A stretch of 64,000 bases of DNA from an uncultured Clostridia bacterium (lineage in GTDB: Bacteria > Bacillota > Clostridia > Christensenellales > CAG-314). Location: the NCBI GenBank assembly GCA_934230325.1, contig CAKQEP010000001.1, positions 84,739-148,738 on the forward strand, in the 5' to 3' direction. Each line of letters opens with the position of its first letter. The stretch's first letter is position 1. The notes beneath the pieces were generated by a model. It made no database searches. It was given only the letters and a program-made list of their open reading frames with translations, and was not told where the DNA came from. This document shows, in pieces, positions 1 to 9,293 of this stretch. Made by a program: the position numbers and the translations under genes.

Positions 1-124
1 CGTCATTGACGTCAAAATCGACAACACCGTCCACTTCTTTGAGCGCACACAACACGAGATTAAACAAAATCTCGCTATTATATACCGTTTTGCCTCTTTC
101 GTCTTTGTTGGTTACTATTTTCAT
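1..124 (-). CDS. Asp23/Gls24-family protein, N-terminal fragment (gene runs off the window start)
   Basis: Manual minus-strand translation from ATG at 124 (RBS GAGGAAG at 131-137) gives MKIVTNKDERGKTVYNSEILFNLVLCALKEVDGVVDFDVND... The pattern resembles Asp23/YqhY-type proteins, which lie downstream of spoIIIAH in Bacillus/Clostridium. Too short for the ORF track. Confidence 0.5.
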   Translation of the reverse strand, partial: MKIVTNKDERGKTVYNSEILFNLVLCALKEVDGVVDFDVND

Positions 125-182
125 AATAAACTTCCTCAAAGAGATTATATCATACTAAAGGCAAAAATACAAGATTTTACAC

Positions 183-665
183 TCAAATGGGCAATATTTT
201 TACGTAGTCAGGCGATACTCCTAATTCTTCTACCACCGTATTGTATATTATTGCGGTATCTTTGACTGTAAGTTTTTCTCCCGACGTTATCACGTTGACG
301 TTTTGACTGTCAATCCCCATAGTTACCACCAAATCCGTATAACCTTTTGCCTTAAGCAAACTTTCCAACAACAACTCCGTTTCCATAAGGCGAATTATTT
401 TTTGCTTTTGAACGGTTGCGTTTGCGCGGGCTTCGGCGTATTCGTCGCCTTCGGTTGCGATTATTGCGTTGAGATTGTTGATTTCTTCGGTACGCATTTC
501 CTCCCAGTTGGAGCGATAAGTAGTAAAGAAAGTACTCGTTGCAACTACGCCTCCGTCGTCTTTTCCAGCGTCGTTCTTTTTTAACAACGCAAAATTCAGA
601 TACGCGGCGACGGCAAGAACAAGCACCATAGAAACTGTTAAAATTACCTTTTTTGTTTTAGACAT
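183..665 (-). CDS. spoIIIAH: Stage III sporulation protein AH (SpoIIIAH-like)
   Basis: 160-aa ORF with an N-terminal TM helix followed by a polar domain. It is the last gene of an 8-gene spoIIIA-type cluster. Assigned by position, size and general resemblance. Confidence 0.7.
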   Translation of the reverse strand: MSKTKKVILTVSMVLVLAVAAYLNFALLKKNDAGKDDGGVVATSTFFTTYRSNWEEMRTEEINNLNAIIATEGDEYAEARANATVQKQKIIRLMETELLLESLLKAKGYTDLVVTMGIDSQNVNVITSGEKLTVKDTAIIYNTVVEELGVSPDYVKILPI

Positions 666-676
666 AAAAACCTCCG

Positions 677-1183
677 TTATTTTTTTGTAAATACTTCTAT
701 TTTGTCATAGGACACGCCTAACAAAACCTGAATAGTTCGTACTATATCCAGTCTGACCGCCGCACTCGCCGCGCCTTTTGCAACGACGACAACGCCTTTG
801 ATTTCGGGAATGTTTTCCTTTATTACGACAGGTTTACCCTGATACAGTATCAATTCGTTTTTTGTACTTCCCGAAGAAGTAGTAGTGCTTTCGTATGCGT
901 ACACCCTTTGTATGCCTGTTTCAAAAGTTATCATTACCGCTACTTCGCCTACGCCGTCTATTTTTGATATAGTTTTAGCGACGCTGTTTTCCAACCCGTA
1001 AACATAACTCTCAAAATCACCGCTATTGCTTTTTTCTGCGGAAGTTTTGAATATTTTTAAGTCCGAACAAAATATCACCAAAACTACCGCGCATAAAACA
1101 ACTGCTATACAAATTTCCAAAAATTTTGGTTTTAATTTGCTTTTTTTGTTTTCGATTTGCCTTTCTTTATCTTTGCTATCCAT
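677..1183 (-). CDS. spoIIIAG: Stage III sporulation protein AG
   Basis: 168 aa with an N-terminal TM helix. The C-terminal region GVGEVAVMITFETG...IKGVVVVAKGA is typical of SpoIIIAG. Overlaps spoIIIAF by 8 nt. Confidence 0.75.
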   Translation of the reverse strand: MDSKDKERQIENKKSKLKPKFLEICIAVVLCAVVLVIFCSDLKIFKTSAEKSNSGDFESYVYGLENSVAKTISKIDGVGEVAVMITFETGIQRVYAYESTTTSSGSTKNELILYQGKPVVIKENIPEIKGVVVVAKGAASAAVRLDIVRTIQVLLGVSYDKIEVFTKK

Positions 1184-1664
1184 ATACCGTCACCATCTCC
1201 GGATTTATTGCGGCTACGTCGGCGACTACTTTTTTTATACCTTCTACATCTAATATATTGCCGTCCGTCGGTTTTATTACCGCTTTGTCCAAGTTTATTT
1301 TTATTAGATTTACTTTTACAAAACTATCTTCGTTGATACTACATATTTCTACGTCACAGTTTGTTACCCCCTTCCGCTCCAACGCCGTTTCTATTTCGTT
1401 AAATAATTGTTCGCGCCGCATTTCGTAAATAGTGTTGCTTATTACGTGGCTTTGAGTAGTCAACGCCGTATCGTCGTAAAAGTCTTTAAAAACAAATTTT
1501 CCTTTCAACAACGACGGTAACGGCATGGCTATCACCAAGACGCATACAAACGAAAATACGCCTTTGATTATTTTTCCCATACTGCCTTGCGGCAAAACTA
1601 CGTCTACTATTGCGGTAAGAACAACCATGCCCGCAACCGACAACACCCAACCGGATAAATTCAT
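1176..1664 (-). CDS. spoIIIAF: Stage III sporulation protein AF
   Basis: 162 aa with two N-terminal TM helices and a soluble C-terminal domain. Position in the operon fits SpoIIIAF. Confidence 0.7.
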   Translation of the reverse strand: MNLSGWVLSVAGMVVLTAIVDVVLPQGSMGKIIKGVFSFVCVLVIAMPLPSLLKGKFVFKDFYDDTALTTQSHVISNTIYEMRREQLFNEIETALERKGVTNCDVEICSINEDSFVKVNLIKINLDKAVIKPTDGNILDVEGIKKVVADVAAINPEMVTVYG

Positions 1665-1671
1665 ATTTCGC

Positions 1672-2865
1672 CTAAATTACGTTTGCCGAAAAAATTATCA
1701 GCATAATCAATACAAGGAGCATAAAAGCAACGGCAATAACGCTTACAAAAAGAATATTTACCGTTTTTTCCGTATCCCCCAAAAAGCCTACGATTCTTTT
1801 GTCGGCTACGGGTTCTACGAGCGCACATACAAGCTGCAAAGCAATATTATAAACGGTAATCGTAATGCAAGGCGTCAATATCGCCGCAACAAGCACCGTC
1901 ATAGCAACAATCCCAAAACTATTTTTGACTAATACGCAACTCGCAAGAATAAGGTCAAACCCATCGGCAAGGTAACCTCCAAGAATAGGGATATAGGTTC
2001 TTGTGGCAAACTTTGCCGCTCTTATGCTAACGCCGTCAATGGTAGCGGCGGTCAATCCCTGCACTGCCAAAAACCCCGTAAACACGGTGAAAGTAATACC
2101 CAGCACCCATTTGCTTAAATTCTTAAAGAAGGTTGACAGTTTGTCCAACTTTACTATGTTTGACATATTAGATATTATATTTATAACTACCGAAAAAACA
2201 AAAGTCGGTAATACTATGTCACTAATAATTTCAGTTACTCCCTGCGAAAGCAAAGCGATTGCGGGGTTGTACACCTTTACACTTGTTGCCGCGCCTACTG
2301 CGGTCATGTACGTAAGCAAAACGGGCATTGTAATATCGGTAAGAGTTTTTACTGTTTTTACGGTTTTTTTAGCCAACAAATACAATTGCCATACCCCGCT
2401 CAACACAGGCAATAAAATAGCGGCATAGCAGTAAAAATTTATCAGATTACCCGTTTCGTTGTCCATTAAATTAGATTTTGTTTTATCTACAAGTCCCGAC
2501 AAAACGCATACTATCGCGACTCCGCCAAGCAAAGGAATAAGTTTATTTAGGTCGTTTAAAAAAATTCCCGACAGATACTCCAAAAAGTTGCCCGCATTAA
2601 ACGCATATTCTCCCGAGAGAACGTCAGACAACATTTTAACGACGCTATTTTTAGACAGCAACGTTTCATCGCAATTTTCGTCTATAAAAAATTCAATATC
2701 GCTCCAGTCGATTTTGTTGATTTGGTCGTTTACGGTGTTATCGAGTTTGTTTTGCAAATCTTTGTTGTCCTCTCCCGCAAGGCAAAAACCTCCGACAAAA
2801 AGCAAAACGACGATAAATACGCAACTACCAAAAATCAAAGTGCGAAAAATATTTCTTTTTGTCAT
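1672..2865 (-). CDS. spoIIIAE: Stage III sporulation protein AE (polytopic membrane protein)
   Basis: Large multi-TM ORF. The ORF-track start at 2973 overlaps spoIIIAD by 112 nt. I prefer ATG 2865 (MTKRNIF...), which has GGAG about 8 nt upstream and an ATGA overlap with the spoIIIAD stop. Confidence 0.85.
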   Translation of the reverse strand: MTKRNIFRTLIFGSCVFIVVLLFVGGFCLAGEDNKDLQNKLDNTVNDQINKIDWSDIEFFIDENCDETLLSKNSVVKMLSDVLSGEYAFNAGNFLEYLSGIFLNDLNKLIPLLGGVAIVCVLSGLVDKTKSNLMDNETGNLINFYCYAAILLPVLSGVWQLYLLAKKTVKTVKTLTDITMPVLLTYMTAVGAATSVKVYNPAIALLSQGVTEIISDIVLPTFVFSVVINIISNMSNIVKLDKLSTFFKNLSKWVLGITFTVFTGFLAVQGLTAATIDGVSIRAAKFATRTYIPILGGYLADGFDLILASCVLVKNSFGIVAMTVLVAAILTPCITITVYNIALQLVCALVEPVADKRIVGFLGDTEKTVNILFVSVIAVAFMLLVLIMLIIFSANVI

Positions 2866-3248
2866 GGAAGAATCTCCGCAATCAAATTGACTAAAGTTTT
2901 TATTATCGGTAAAGCAAGAATCATTATGGCTATTTTTCCTGCAAAAATTATTTTTGCTCCTATACTTTTGCAATCTCCGTCAATACAAATGTTGTTTGCA
3001 AATTCTGCAAGATATCCTACCCCCATAATTTTTAGAATATTGCTGAAAATGCTTTTGTCAATTTTTGTTGCCGACGCAATATCATAAAAACCGTAAACTA
3101 CCTCAAACAACTCGTCCGCAACCATAAGCGTAATCAGTACGGACGCGCCTATGCCGGCAACCAAAGCAATTTCCGGTTTTAAGGGCTTTACGATAATTAT
3201 TACTATTGCGGCAACGATGCCCAAAACGGCAATTCTTACAATATCCAT
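2862..3248 (-). CDS. spoIIIAD: Stage III sporulation protein AD
   Basis: 128-aa multi-TM protein (MDIVRIAVLGIVAAIVIIIV...GVGYLAEFANNIC) typical of SpoIIIAD, in the expected operon position. Confidence 0.85.
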   Translation of the reverse strand: MDIVRIAVLGIVAAIVIIIVKPLKPEIALVAGIGASVLITLMVADELFEVVYGFYDIASATKIDKSIFSNILKIMGVGYLAEFANNICIDGDCKSIGAKIIFAGKIAIMILALPIIKTLVNLIAEILP

Positions 3249-3457
3249 TTTTCCTGTATAGCGTTTAATTCAAACAGATTTTTTATCGTAGTAAACAATT
3301 CTACAATCATATCCGCCACGATAATCAATACAAGAACAAGTCCGGCTATCGTAACCAACGTTGCAATATCGTCGCGATCCGATTTTTTGAGCAAAATGCT
3401 TATTATTGCCGTGATAAGTCCGATAGCGGCAATTTTAAAGATGATGTTTATGTCCAT
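3236..3457 (-). CDS. spoIIIAC: Stage III sporulation protein AC
   Basis: 73-aa protein with two TM helices (MDINIIFKIAAIGLITAIISILLKKSDRDD...). Size and position fit SpoIIIAC. Confidence 0.8.
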   Translation of the reverse strand: MDINIIFKIAAIGLITAIISILLKKSDRDDIATLVTIAGLVLVLIIVADMIVELFTTIKNLFELNAIQEKWIL

Positions 3458-3460
3458 AGT

Positions 3461-3955
3461 TCAGATTATCAAAATGCTCAAAAACACTCCCGTCACAATA
3501 CCTAATTTAGCGCACAATACGCCTTTTTTTGCTCTTTCTTCCTTTGCTTGTTTCAAATACGTTTCTATCTGTTGTTTGTACCCTTCCGCTTGCAAACTTT
3601 GCGATGAAGCGTCTCCACGCCCCAAAATTGCTACGAATCGATTGATAAAATTCACTTGCTCGGCTGATAAAAACGTCAAGCACGACAAATTATCCTTGAC
3701 TTCGCATTCTGCGGTGACTTCGCTATTTAAGGCATTGCACAAAAAATCTGCAAAGTCGCCCGAGTTGTCGGCTTTAAACGCCGCGCACAACTCCTTTAAG
3801 TTCAACTTTAAAAACCCGAGATTTGCTTTGTATGCGTTGCAAAAATTAAGGGCGTCAAAATAGAATTTTTCTCTGCGGCGATATTTTTTGCTATAAAAAA
3901 ATCCTCCGTAAGAACAAACCGCAATTATCGCAAAGCACGCCAAAAGTTTTAACAT
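3461..3955 (-). CDS. spoIIIAB: Stage III sporulation protein AB
   Basis: 164 aa with N- and C-terminal TM helices flanking a helical domain. Second gene of the operon and overlaps the spoIIIAA stop. Confidence 0.75.
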   Translation of the reverse strand: MLKLLACFAIIAVCSYGGFFYSKKYRRREKFYFDALNFCNAYKANLGFLKLNLKELCAAFKADNSGDFADFLCNALNSEVTAECEVKDNLSCLTFLSAEQVNFINRFVAILGRGDASSQSLQAEGYKQQIETYLKQAKEERAKKGVLCAKLGIVTGVFLSILII

Positions 3956-4842
3956 GGATACAATCTCTCTTTTGACGCATTAAAAATTCCATCTACCGTA
4001 CCCGCTCCCTTTTCGTTAGACAACACAACGTACCTGTCGTATAATTTTTGATTGTCGATGTCGAGTTTATCTATTGCGTCCTCAACGTTTTTTGCGTGTA
4101 CGGAACTAAATACTTTTACCCCGCTGTTAATCATCATTGCAATATCTCGCATATCCTCTCTAAACAATTCGTCGCACACGACAATATCGGGCGCGGTCGC
4201 TCTCAACCCCCATTTGAAAGCCTGTCCTTTGTCGCAGTCCGCTATCACGTCGCAATTTTTCATTTCAGCAAAACCGACTACGCCGTTACTAACGGCGGCA
4301 ATTTCTCCGCGTTCGTCAATGATCAAAACGTTTAAATCGGTATTTTTTAATTGATACGCCATATCTCTCAAAAAGGTTGTTTTTCCGCAAGCGGGCGGAG
4401 AAATCACCAAAACGTTTTGCGGCGGTTGCAACAAATATTTTTTATACTTTAAAGAGCAATTTTTTACTGCGTGCGGCACTCTCAAACAAAGGGAAGTATA
4501 ACTTTTTAACCCGCACACGGCATGTCCCTCCCGAGAAACTTTCCCGCACACGCCTATTCGCACTCCGCCGCCTGCGTCGATAAAACCTTCCGTCATTTGT
4601 CTTGCATAGGCATAAACCGACTTATCGCAAGCGCGATAAATAATCTCCGAAAGTTCGTTTTTATCGACAAAAACAAGCCCGTTTTCTGACTTTAATTCGT
4701 ATTGTTTGTCCAAAACTTTAATTTTTACCGCTTCGTCGACGCGTATTCTTATTTCTTGTAGGTTGTCCAAATCTACTTTGCGCAAAGGACGCATTATTTT
4801 TTCGATAAAAATTTTTTCTAAAACAGCAGTCAAACAATCCAT
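3949..4842 (-). CDS. spoIIIAA: Stage III sporulation protein AA (AAA-type ATPase)
   Basis: 297 aa with Walker A SPPACGKTTFLRD and Walker B-like LIIDERGE. The conserved LQEIRIRV segment lies near the N-terminus. First gene of the spoIIIA operon. Confidence 0.85.
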   Translation of the reverse strand: MDCLTAVLEKIFIEKIMRPLRKVDLDNLQEIRIRVDEAVKIKVLDKQYELKSENGLVFVDKNELSEIIYRACDKSVYAYARQMTEGFIDAGGGVRIGVCGKVSREGHAVCGLKSYTSLCLRVPHAVKNCSLKYKKYLLQPPQNVLVISPPACGKTTFLRDMAYQLKNTDLNVLIIDERGEIAAVSNGVVGFAEMKNCDVIADCDKGQAFKWGLRATAPDIVVCDELFREDMRDIAMMINSGVKVFSSVHAKNVEDAIDKLDIDNQKLYDRYVVLSNEKGAGTVDGIFNASKERLYPC

Positions 4843-4847
4843 ACTAA

Positions 4848-4876
4848 ATTCTATTTTTAAATGCCGAATTTATGAA
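4848..4876 (-). promoter_or_regulatory. Possible sporulation-type (sigma-E-like) promoter of spoIIIA
   Basis: Minus strand reads TTCATA (4876-4871), a 17-nt spacer, then TAGAAT (4853-4848), followed by 5 nt and the ATG. It loosely resembles sigma-E -35 (TCATAxx) and -10 (CATACAAT-like AATAGAAT) elements. No SD precedes the ATG, so either the promoter or the start assignment is uncertain. Confidence 0.25.
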
Positions 4877-4885
4877 CAAAAGCAT

Positions 4886-4915
4886 AAAAAAAAGAGCCTG
4901 TCAAAAAACAGACTC
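4886..4915 (-). terminator. Rho-independent terminator downstream of efp
   Basis: Minus strand reads GAGTCTGT-tttttg-ACAGGCTC followed by TTTTTTTT. It separates efp from the spoIIIA operon. Confidence 0.6.
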
Positions 4916-5006
4916 TCGATACTTTTTGCGGATAGCGCAAAAAATCGTCTTGATTGTAGACAAATACTTTTAGTTAAAAGCAAATATGGTTTTGCCAAAA
5001 CAAAAT

Positions 5007-5567
5007 TTATTTTGCTCTTTCCATATACTCGCCCGTGCGGGTATCGACTCTAATAACGTCGCCTTCGTTAATAAACATAGGCACTTGAAGTTCAAAGCCG
5101 GTTTCCAAAGTGGCGGGTTTAGATGCGTTTGTTGCGGTATTGCCGGCAACACCGGGTTCGCACTTTGTGATAAGCAATTCAACAAAGTTGGGGGCTTCTA
5201 CGCTGAATGCCGCGCCCTTATAAAACTTGATGGTTGCTTGCATATTTTCTTTCATAAACATCAACGCGTCCTCAACCTGAGCCTTGTTGAGAGGCAGTTG
5301 CTCGTATGTTTCGGGGTCCATAAAGTAATAAAGTTCTCCGTCGCTGTACAAATATTCCATTTGCTTTGTTTCGATAAGCGCCTTTTCAAACTTTTCCGTC
5401 GGGTTGAAAGTTTTTTCCAAAACGGCGCCGGTAACGACGTTTTTAATTTTTGTTCTTACAAAAGCCGAGCCTTTACCCGGTTTGACGTGCAAAAAGTCCA
5501 CAACGGTATAAATGTTGCCGTCATAAACAAAAGTAACGCCTTTTCTTAAATCGCCTGCTAAAATCAT
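5007..5567 (-). CDS. efp: Elongation factor P
   Basis: 186 aa with the canonical EF-P N-terminus, [39 protein letters not shown]. Confidence 0.95.
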   Translation of the reverse strand: MILAGDLRKGVTFVYDGNIYTVVDFLHVKPGKGSAFVRTKIKNVVTGAVLEKTFNPTEKFEKALIETKQMEYLYSDGELYYFMDPETYEQLPLNKAQVEDALMFMKENMQATIKFYKGAAFSVEAPNFVELLITKCEPGVAGNTATNASKPATLETGFELQVPMFINEGDVIRVDTRTGEYMERAK

Positions 5568-5591
5568 ATAAATCCTCCGATATGGTTTATT

Positions 5592-6662
5592 CTACAATAT
5601 AATAATATTTTTTTCCGAAGTTGTCAAATCTATTATCTTATCTTGTTTGATAAGAATTAAATCCTCTATTCTCACGCCGCCTACTTCCGGTACGTATATA
5701 CCCGGTTCGACAGTGATAAACATGTTGTTTTTTAAAGTTTCGCGGCATTTTGGGCTAAGACGCGGTTCTTCGTGAATATCCAAACCAAGACTGTGTCCGA
5801 GTCCGTGAGTAAAATACTCGCCGTATCCGTTTGCGGCAATAATTTCCGCAGCCAAAGCATGTCCTTCAACTCCTGAAATACCGCAGTAAAGATTGCGAAT
5901 AGCGTGATTTTGCGCCTTTAAAACAATTTCGTAAATGGTTTTTATCGTTGAATTAGGTTTGCCGACAAAAACGGTACGAGTCATATCCGAGCAGTATCCG
6001 TTAAAACTCGCGCCAAAATCCATTGTTATCGCTTCTCCGAGCGCTATCTTTTTGTCCGTAGGGTGCGCGTGCGGTTTGCTGCCGTTTATTCCGCTTGCGA
6101 CTATTGTATCAAACGCAAGTCCGGTTGCGCCGAGTTTTTTCATTTGATACTCGAGTTCCAAAGCAATTTCCGCTTCCGATACGCCGACTTTGATAAATTT
6201 AAGAATGTTTTTAAACGCTCCGTCAGTGATGCTTTGCGCTTTTGTTATGAGAGCAATCTCGTCCTCCGACTTAATTTTGCGTTGGTCGATTATGCTGTCG
6301 CCGCAAGCAATCAGTTTAGCGTCTTTAAGTTTGTTTTTAATATTGTTAAACTCGGCAACGGTGATTTCTGTATCTTCATAACCAAGTTTAATCAATTTGT
6401 TGTCAAACAAAAATTCGTTTATGCCGCCAAACAGATCGCCCGCACCGACAAGATGAAGTTCTACGTCCTCGTCGCTCATCGTTTGTTTTGCCATTTCAAA
6501 ATAGCGAGAATCGGTATAAAAGTGCGGTTTTGCGCCCTTAATGAGAATAAGCACACCGAAAGTACTGTTGAATCCGGTATAGTACAATCTGTTTTTTTGC
6601 GACAAGATAATAGCCGCGTCGAGTTCCGGTTGTAACTTAAAAATGTGTTCTGCTGATTTCAT
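5592..6662 (-). CDS. Xaa-Pro aminopeptidase/dipeptidase (M24B metallopeptidase)
   Basis: 356 aa with a creatinase-like N-terminal domain and M24 motifs (DFGASFNGYCSDMTRT, HGLGHSLGLDIHE, VEPGIY, IEDL). This gene is the usual neighbour of efp in Firmicutes. Confidence 0.85.
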   Translation of the reverse strand: MKSAEHIFKLQPELDAAIILSQKNRLYYTGFNSTFGVLILIKGAKPHFYTDSRYFEMAKQTMSDEDVELHLVGAGDLFGGINEFLFDNKLIKLGYEDTEITVAEFNNIKNKLKDAKLIACGDSIIDQRKIKSEDEIALITKAQSITDGAFKNILKFIKVGVSEAEIALELEYQMKKLGATGLAFDTIVASGINGSKPHAHPTDKKIALGEAITMDFGASFNGYCSDMTRTVFVGKPNSTIKTIYEIVLKAQNHAIRNLYCGISGVEGHALAAEIIAANGYGEYFTHGLGHSLGLDIHEEPRLSPKCRETLKNNMFITVEPGIYVPEVGGVRIEDLILIKQDKIIDLTTSEKNIIIL

Positions 6663-7512
6663 TGTAATTTACCACCTCGTTAAAAATTTTTTTCATATAT
6701 AACGCATCTTCCGCCTGCGTGCCGTCTGACTCGCAGATGACGACAGGACTCAAAGAATACTTGTATATCACGTTAGCCAAAGGTAAAAAATCCGGACCAT
6801 ACGTATTGTCCGAAAAAGTGAGATGACGCACTTCTCCACCCTTTGTGTACTCGATTTTAGAAAAATGAATGTGCATGGATTTTGCGCGTTCTCCAACAAT
6901 ATCGAGCACATTGTCAACCACCTGCTTAAAATCTTCTTCCGTCTTTAAACCGCCCAAAGTTCTTGCGTTTAAATGCCCAAAGTCTATGGCAGGCATAAAA
7001 CACTTGTCTTTTGCGCAAAGCAAAGCGATTTCTTTTTCGTCGCCTATCTGATTTATTTTGCCCATAGTTTCGGGACAAAAAAACATATTTTCAAAGCCGT
7101 TTTTGTATATTGCGTCGACAAGCATATCAAATCTTGCGCTACACAAATCAAAGGCTTGCTTTCTATCGAGTTTTCCCACTGTGGCAGAATGAAAAACAAC
7201 TCTGTTTGCCCCCAACACGCGCGCTTTTTTTGCGCTGTTTATGACGTAACCGATACTTTTTTGTATCATTTCTTCGTCGGGGTTGGCAAAATTTATGTAA
7301 TATGGCGCGTGAACGGATATCTCTACGCCGTTTGCTTTGGCATTGTCGCGCATAATTTCTGCTTTTGCGTCAGAAATGTTTATGCCGCGACCAAAACTGT
7401 ACTCATAAGCGTCAAGTCCTTTGCGGCTTAACCACTCAAAAGCCTGTTCGCTTTTGGTGTTTCCGTCAGAATAAAAACTATTGCTGTTTCCGCTCGGTCC
7501 GAATTTAACCAT
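6637..7512 (-). CDS. Endonuclease IV-like TIM-barrel protein (AP endonuclease family 2)
   Basis: HAPYYINFANP and HIHFS motifs resemble Nfo-family metal-binding sites. I prefer ATG 7512 (MVKFGPSG..., AGAGG 6 nt upstream) over the ORF-track start at 7569, which lies inside ribF. Confidence 0.6.
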   Translation of the reverse strand: MVKFGPSGNSNSFYSDGNTKSEQAFEWLSRKGLDAYEYSFGRGINISDAKAEIMRDNAKANGVEISVHAPYYINFANPDEEMIQKSIGYVINSAKKARVLGANRVVFHSATVGKLDRKQAFDLCSARFDMLVDAIYKNGFENMFFCPETMGKINQIGDEKEIALLCAKDKCFMPAIDFGHLNARTLGGLKTEEDFKQVVDNVLDIVGERAKSMHIHFSKIEYTKGGEVRHLTFSDNTYGPDFLPLANVIYKYSLSPVVICESDGTQAEDALYMKKIFNEVVNYNEISRTHF

Positions 7513-8422
7513 TTGTTGCCTCTGCCGTATCTTTTGCAAGTTGCTCCGACAACTCTTTTTGGTTGTCAAATTTGCGTATCTCGCGCAAAAAGCGTAAAAA
7601 ATTCAACGTTATAGTTTTTCCGTAAAGATTTCCGTCAAATCCGATGAGATGCGCCTCTATTTTTTTCTCTTCGTCTTTAAAGGTAGGACGATTACCTACG
7701 TTTATTATCGCTTTGTAAGTCAGCCCATCGATTTCCGCAAATCCGCAGTAAACTCCGCAAGCGGGCGTTATCAAATCGGGATTTATCGATAAGTTTGCCG
7801 TTGCAAACCCTATTTGTCTGCCTACGCCATGCCCGTGCAATACTTGACCGGAATAACGATAAGGCGCGCCTAACAAGCTGTTTGCAGTTGCGATTTCTCC
7901 CAAAATAATAAAGTCACAAATTTCCGTCGTGCTTACTTTACGGTTTTGATACGTTATTTGCGGTACGCACAAAAAATCGATTTTTTTGCGTTGACACTCT
8001 ATTGCCAACCTTTCCGCATTGCCGACCGCGCCCTTACCAAAGGTATAATCCTCGCCGCAAACAACGCCTGCTACGTTGTGAGAAAACAATATTTTTAGAA
8101 ACTCGTCGGCAGTCATTTCGCAAAAATCTTTGTCGAAGCGAGCGTAAAAAACGCTGGTTATTCCGCAATTTTCAAGCAAATGCAATCGTTGATTAAAGTT
8201 GTAAATCAATTTCCTTGCCGTATTCCCTTTGTAAAACAACTGCGGATTATTGTCAAAAGTAAAGGCTGCGCCGCTGCAATCGAGTTTTTTTGCGGATTCC
8301 ACGCATTTACTCAGCAAAAACCTGTGTCCTATATGTACGCAATCAAAGAATCCGAGCGCAATTACTATTTTTTTTTCGCTATGTTTTTCAAACGGTATCG
8401 TTTCTATCATATCAATCGTCAA
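7505..8422 (-). CDS. ribF: Bifunctional riboflavin kinase / FMN adenylyltransferase
   Basis: 305 aa with the nucleotidyltransferase motif GFFDCVHIGH at the N-terminus and the riboflavin kinase motif GFATANL in the C-terminal half. Confidence 0.9.
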   Translation of the reverse strand: MTIDMIETIPFEKHSEKKIVIALGFFDCVHIGHRFLLSKCVESAKKLDCSGAAFTFDNNPQLFYKGNTARKLIYNFNQRLHLLENCGITSVFYARFDKDFCEMTADEFLKILFSHNVAGVVCGEDYTFGKGAVGNAERLAIECQRKKIDFLCVPQITYQNRKVSTTEICDFIILGEIATANSLLGAPYRYSGQVLHGHGVGRQIGFATANLSINPDLITPACGVYCGFAEIDGLTYKAIINVGNRPTFKDEEKKIEAHLIGFDGNLYGKTITLNFLRFLREIRKFDNQKELSEQLAKDTAEATNG

Positions 8423-9293
8423 GCCTGTACTTTACAACAAAACGATTTTGGTCATCTTTTTGTCCCAAACCGAAAAATATGCCGTCGCAATAGACTTTGT
8501 ATAGGTCTATGTCTGTAATAGTATTATCGATTTTGCCGATATTTGTTAGTTTAACGCCATTTTTTAGCATTTTTAAATATTTTTGCGGCAAAATCAAGGT
8601 TTTGTAACCTTTTAGCGGATATTCCAAATCGAGCAAATATTCCGCCGCGTTTTTCTCTAATTCTTCGAGAGTAACTGCGTCGTCAATGCAAAACGCGCCG
8701 CTTTGCTGCCTTATCAACAAACTCATATAGGCTACCGTGCCGAGAGTTTGAGCAACGTCCCTTGCAATACTGCGTATGTACGTACCGCCGCTACAAACAA
8801 TATCAAAGCACCATGTATCTTGCGATACGCGACGTATTACTTCAAAAGATTTTATCGTCACTTCCCGCGCAGTAAATTGTACGTTTTTTCCGCTACGAGC
8901 CAAGTCGTAAGCCCTCACTCCGCCAACGGACAACGCCGAATATTGCGGCGGAATTTGTTTGATTTTACCCACGAGAGATTGCGTCGCTTGTATCAGTTGT
9001 TCTTGAGTAAAACAAAACGATTTTTGTTCGATAACTTTACCGTACGAGTCGAGCGTGTCGGTTGTTTTGCCAAAGGTAAAATAGGCGCGATATTTTTTGT
9101 CCTTGTATACCAAGACGTCAAACAGTTTTGCACCTTTTCCTATTGCGATAGGCAATACGCCCGCCGCACCGGGATCAAGCGTACCGAGATGACCGACTTT
9201 TTTTTGGTTTAAAAGTCGTTTTATCTTTACTACGACGTCACTTGCAGTAGGTCCTGACGGTTTAAGAACGTTTAAAAAGCCGTTGTAACTCAT
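8412..9293 (-). CDS. truB: tRNA pseudouridine(55) synthase
   Basis: 293 aa with the catalytic-Asp motif GHLGTLDPGAAGVLP. Conserved position between ribF and nrnA/rbfA. Confidence 0.9.
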   Translation of the reverse strand: MSYNGFLNVLKPSGPTASDVVVKIKRLLNQKKVGHLGTLDPGAAGVLPIAIGKGAKLFDVLVYKDKKYRAYFTFGKTTDTLDSYGKVIEQKSFCFTQEQLIQATQSLVGKIKQIPPQYSALSVGGVRAYDLARSGKNVQFTAREVTIKSFEVIRRVSQDTWCFDIVCSGGTYIRSIARDVAQTLGTVAYMSLLIRQQSGAFCIDDAVTLEELEKNAAEYLLDLEYPLKGYKTLILPQKYLKMLKNGVKLTNIGKIDNTITDIDLYKVYCDGIFFGLGQKDDQNRFVVKYRLDD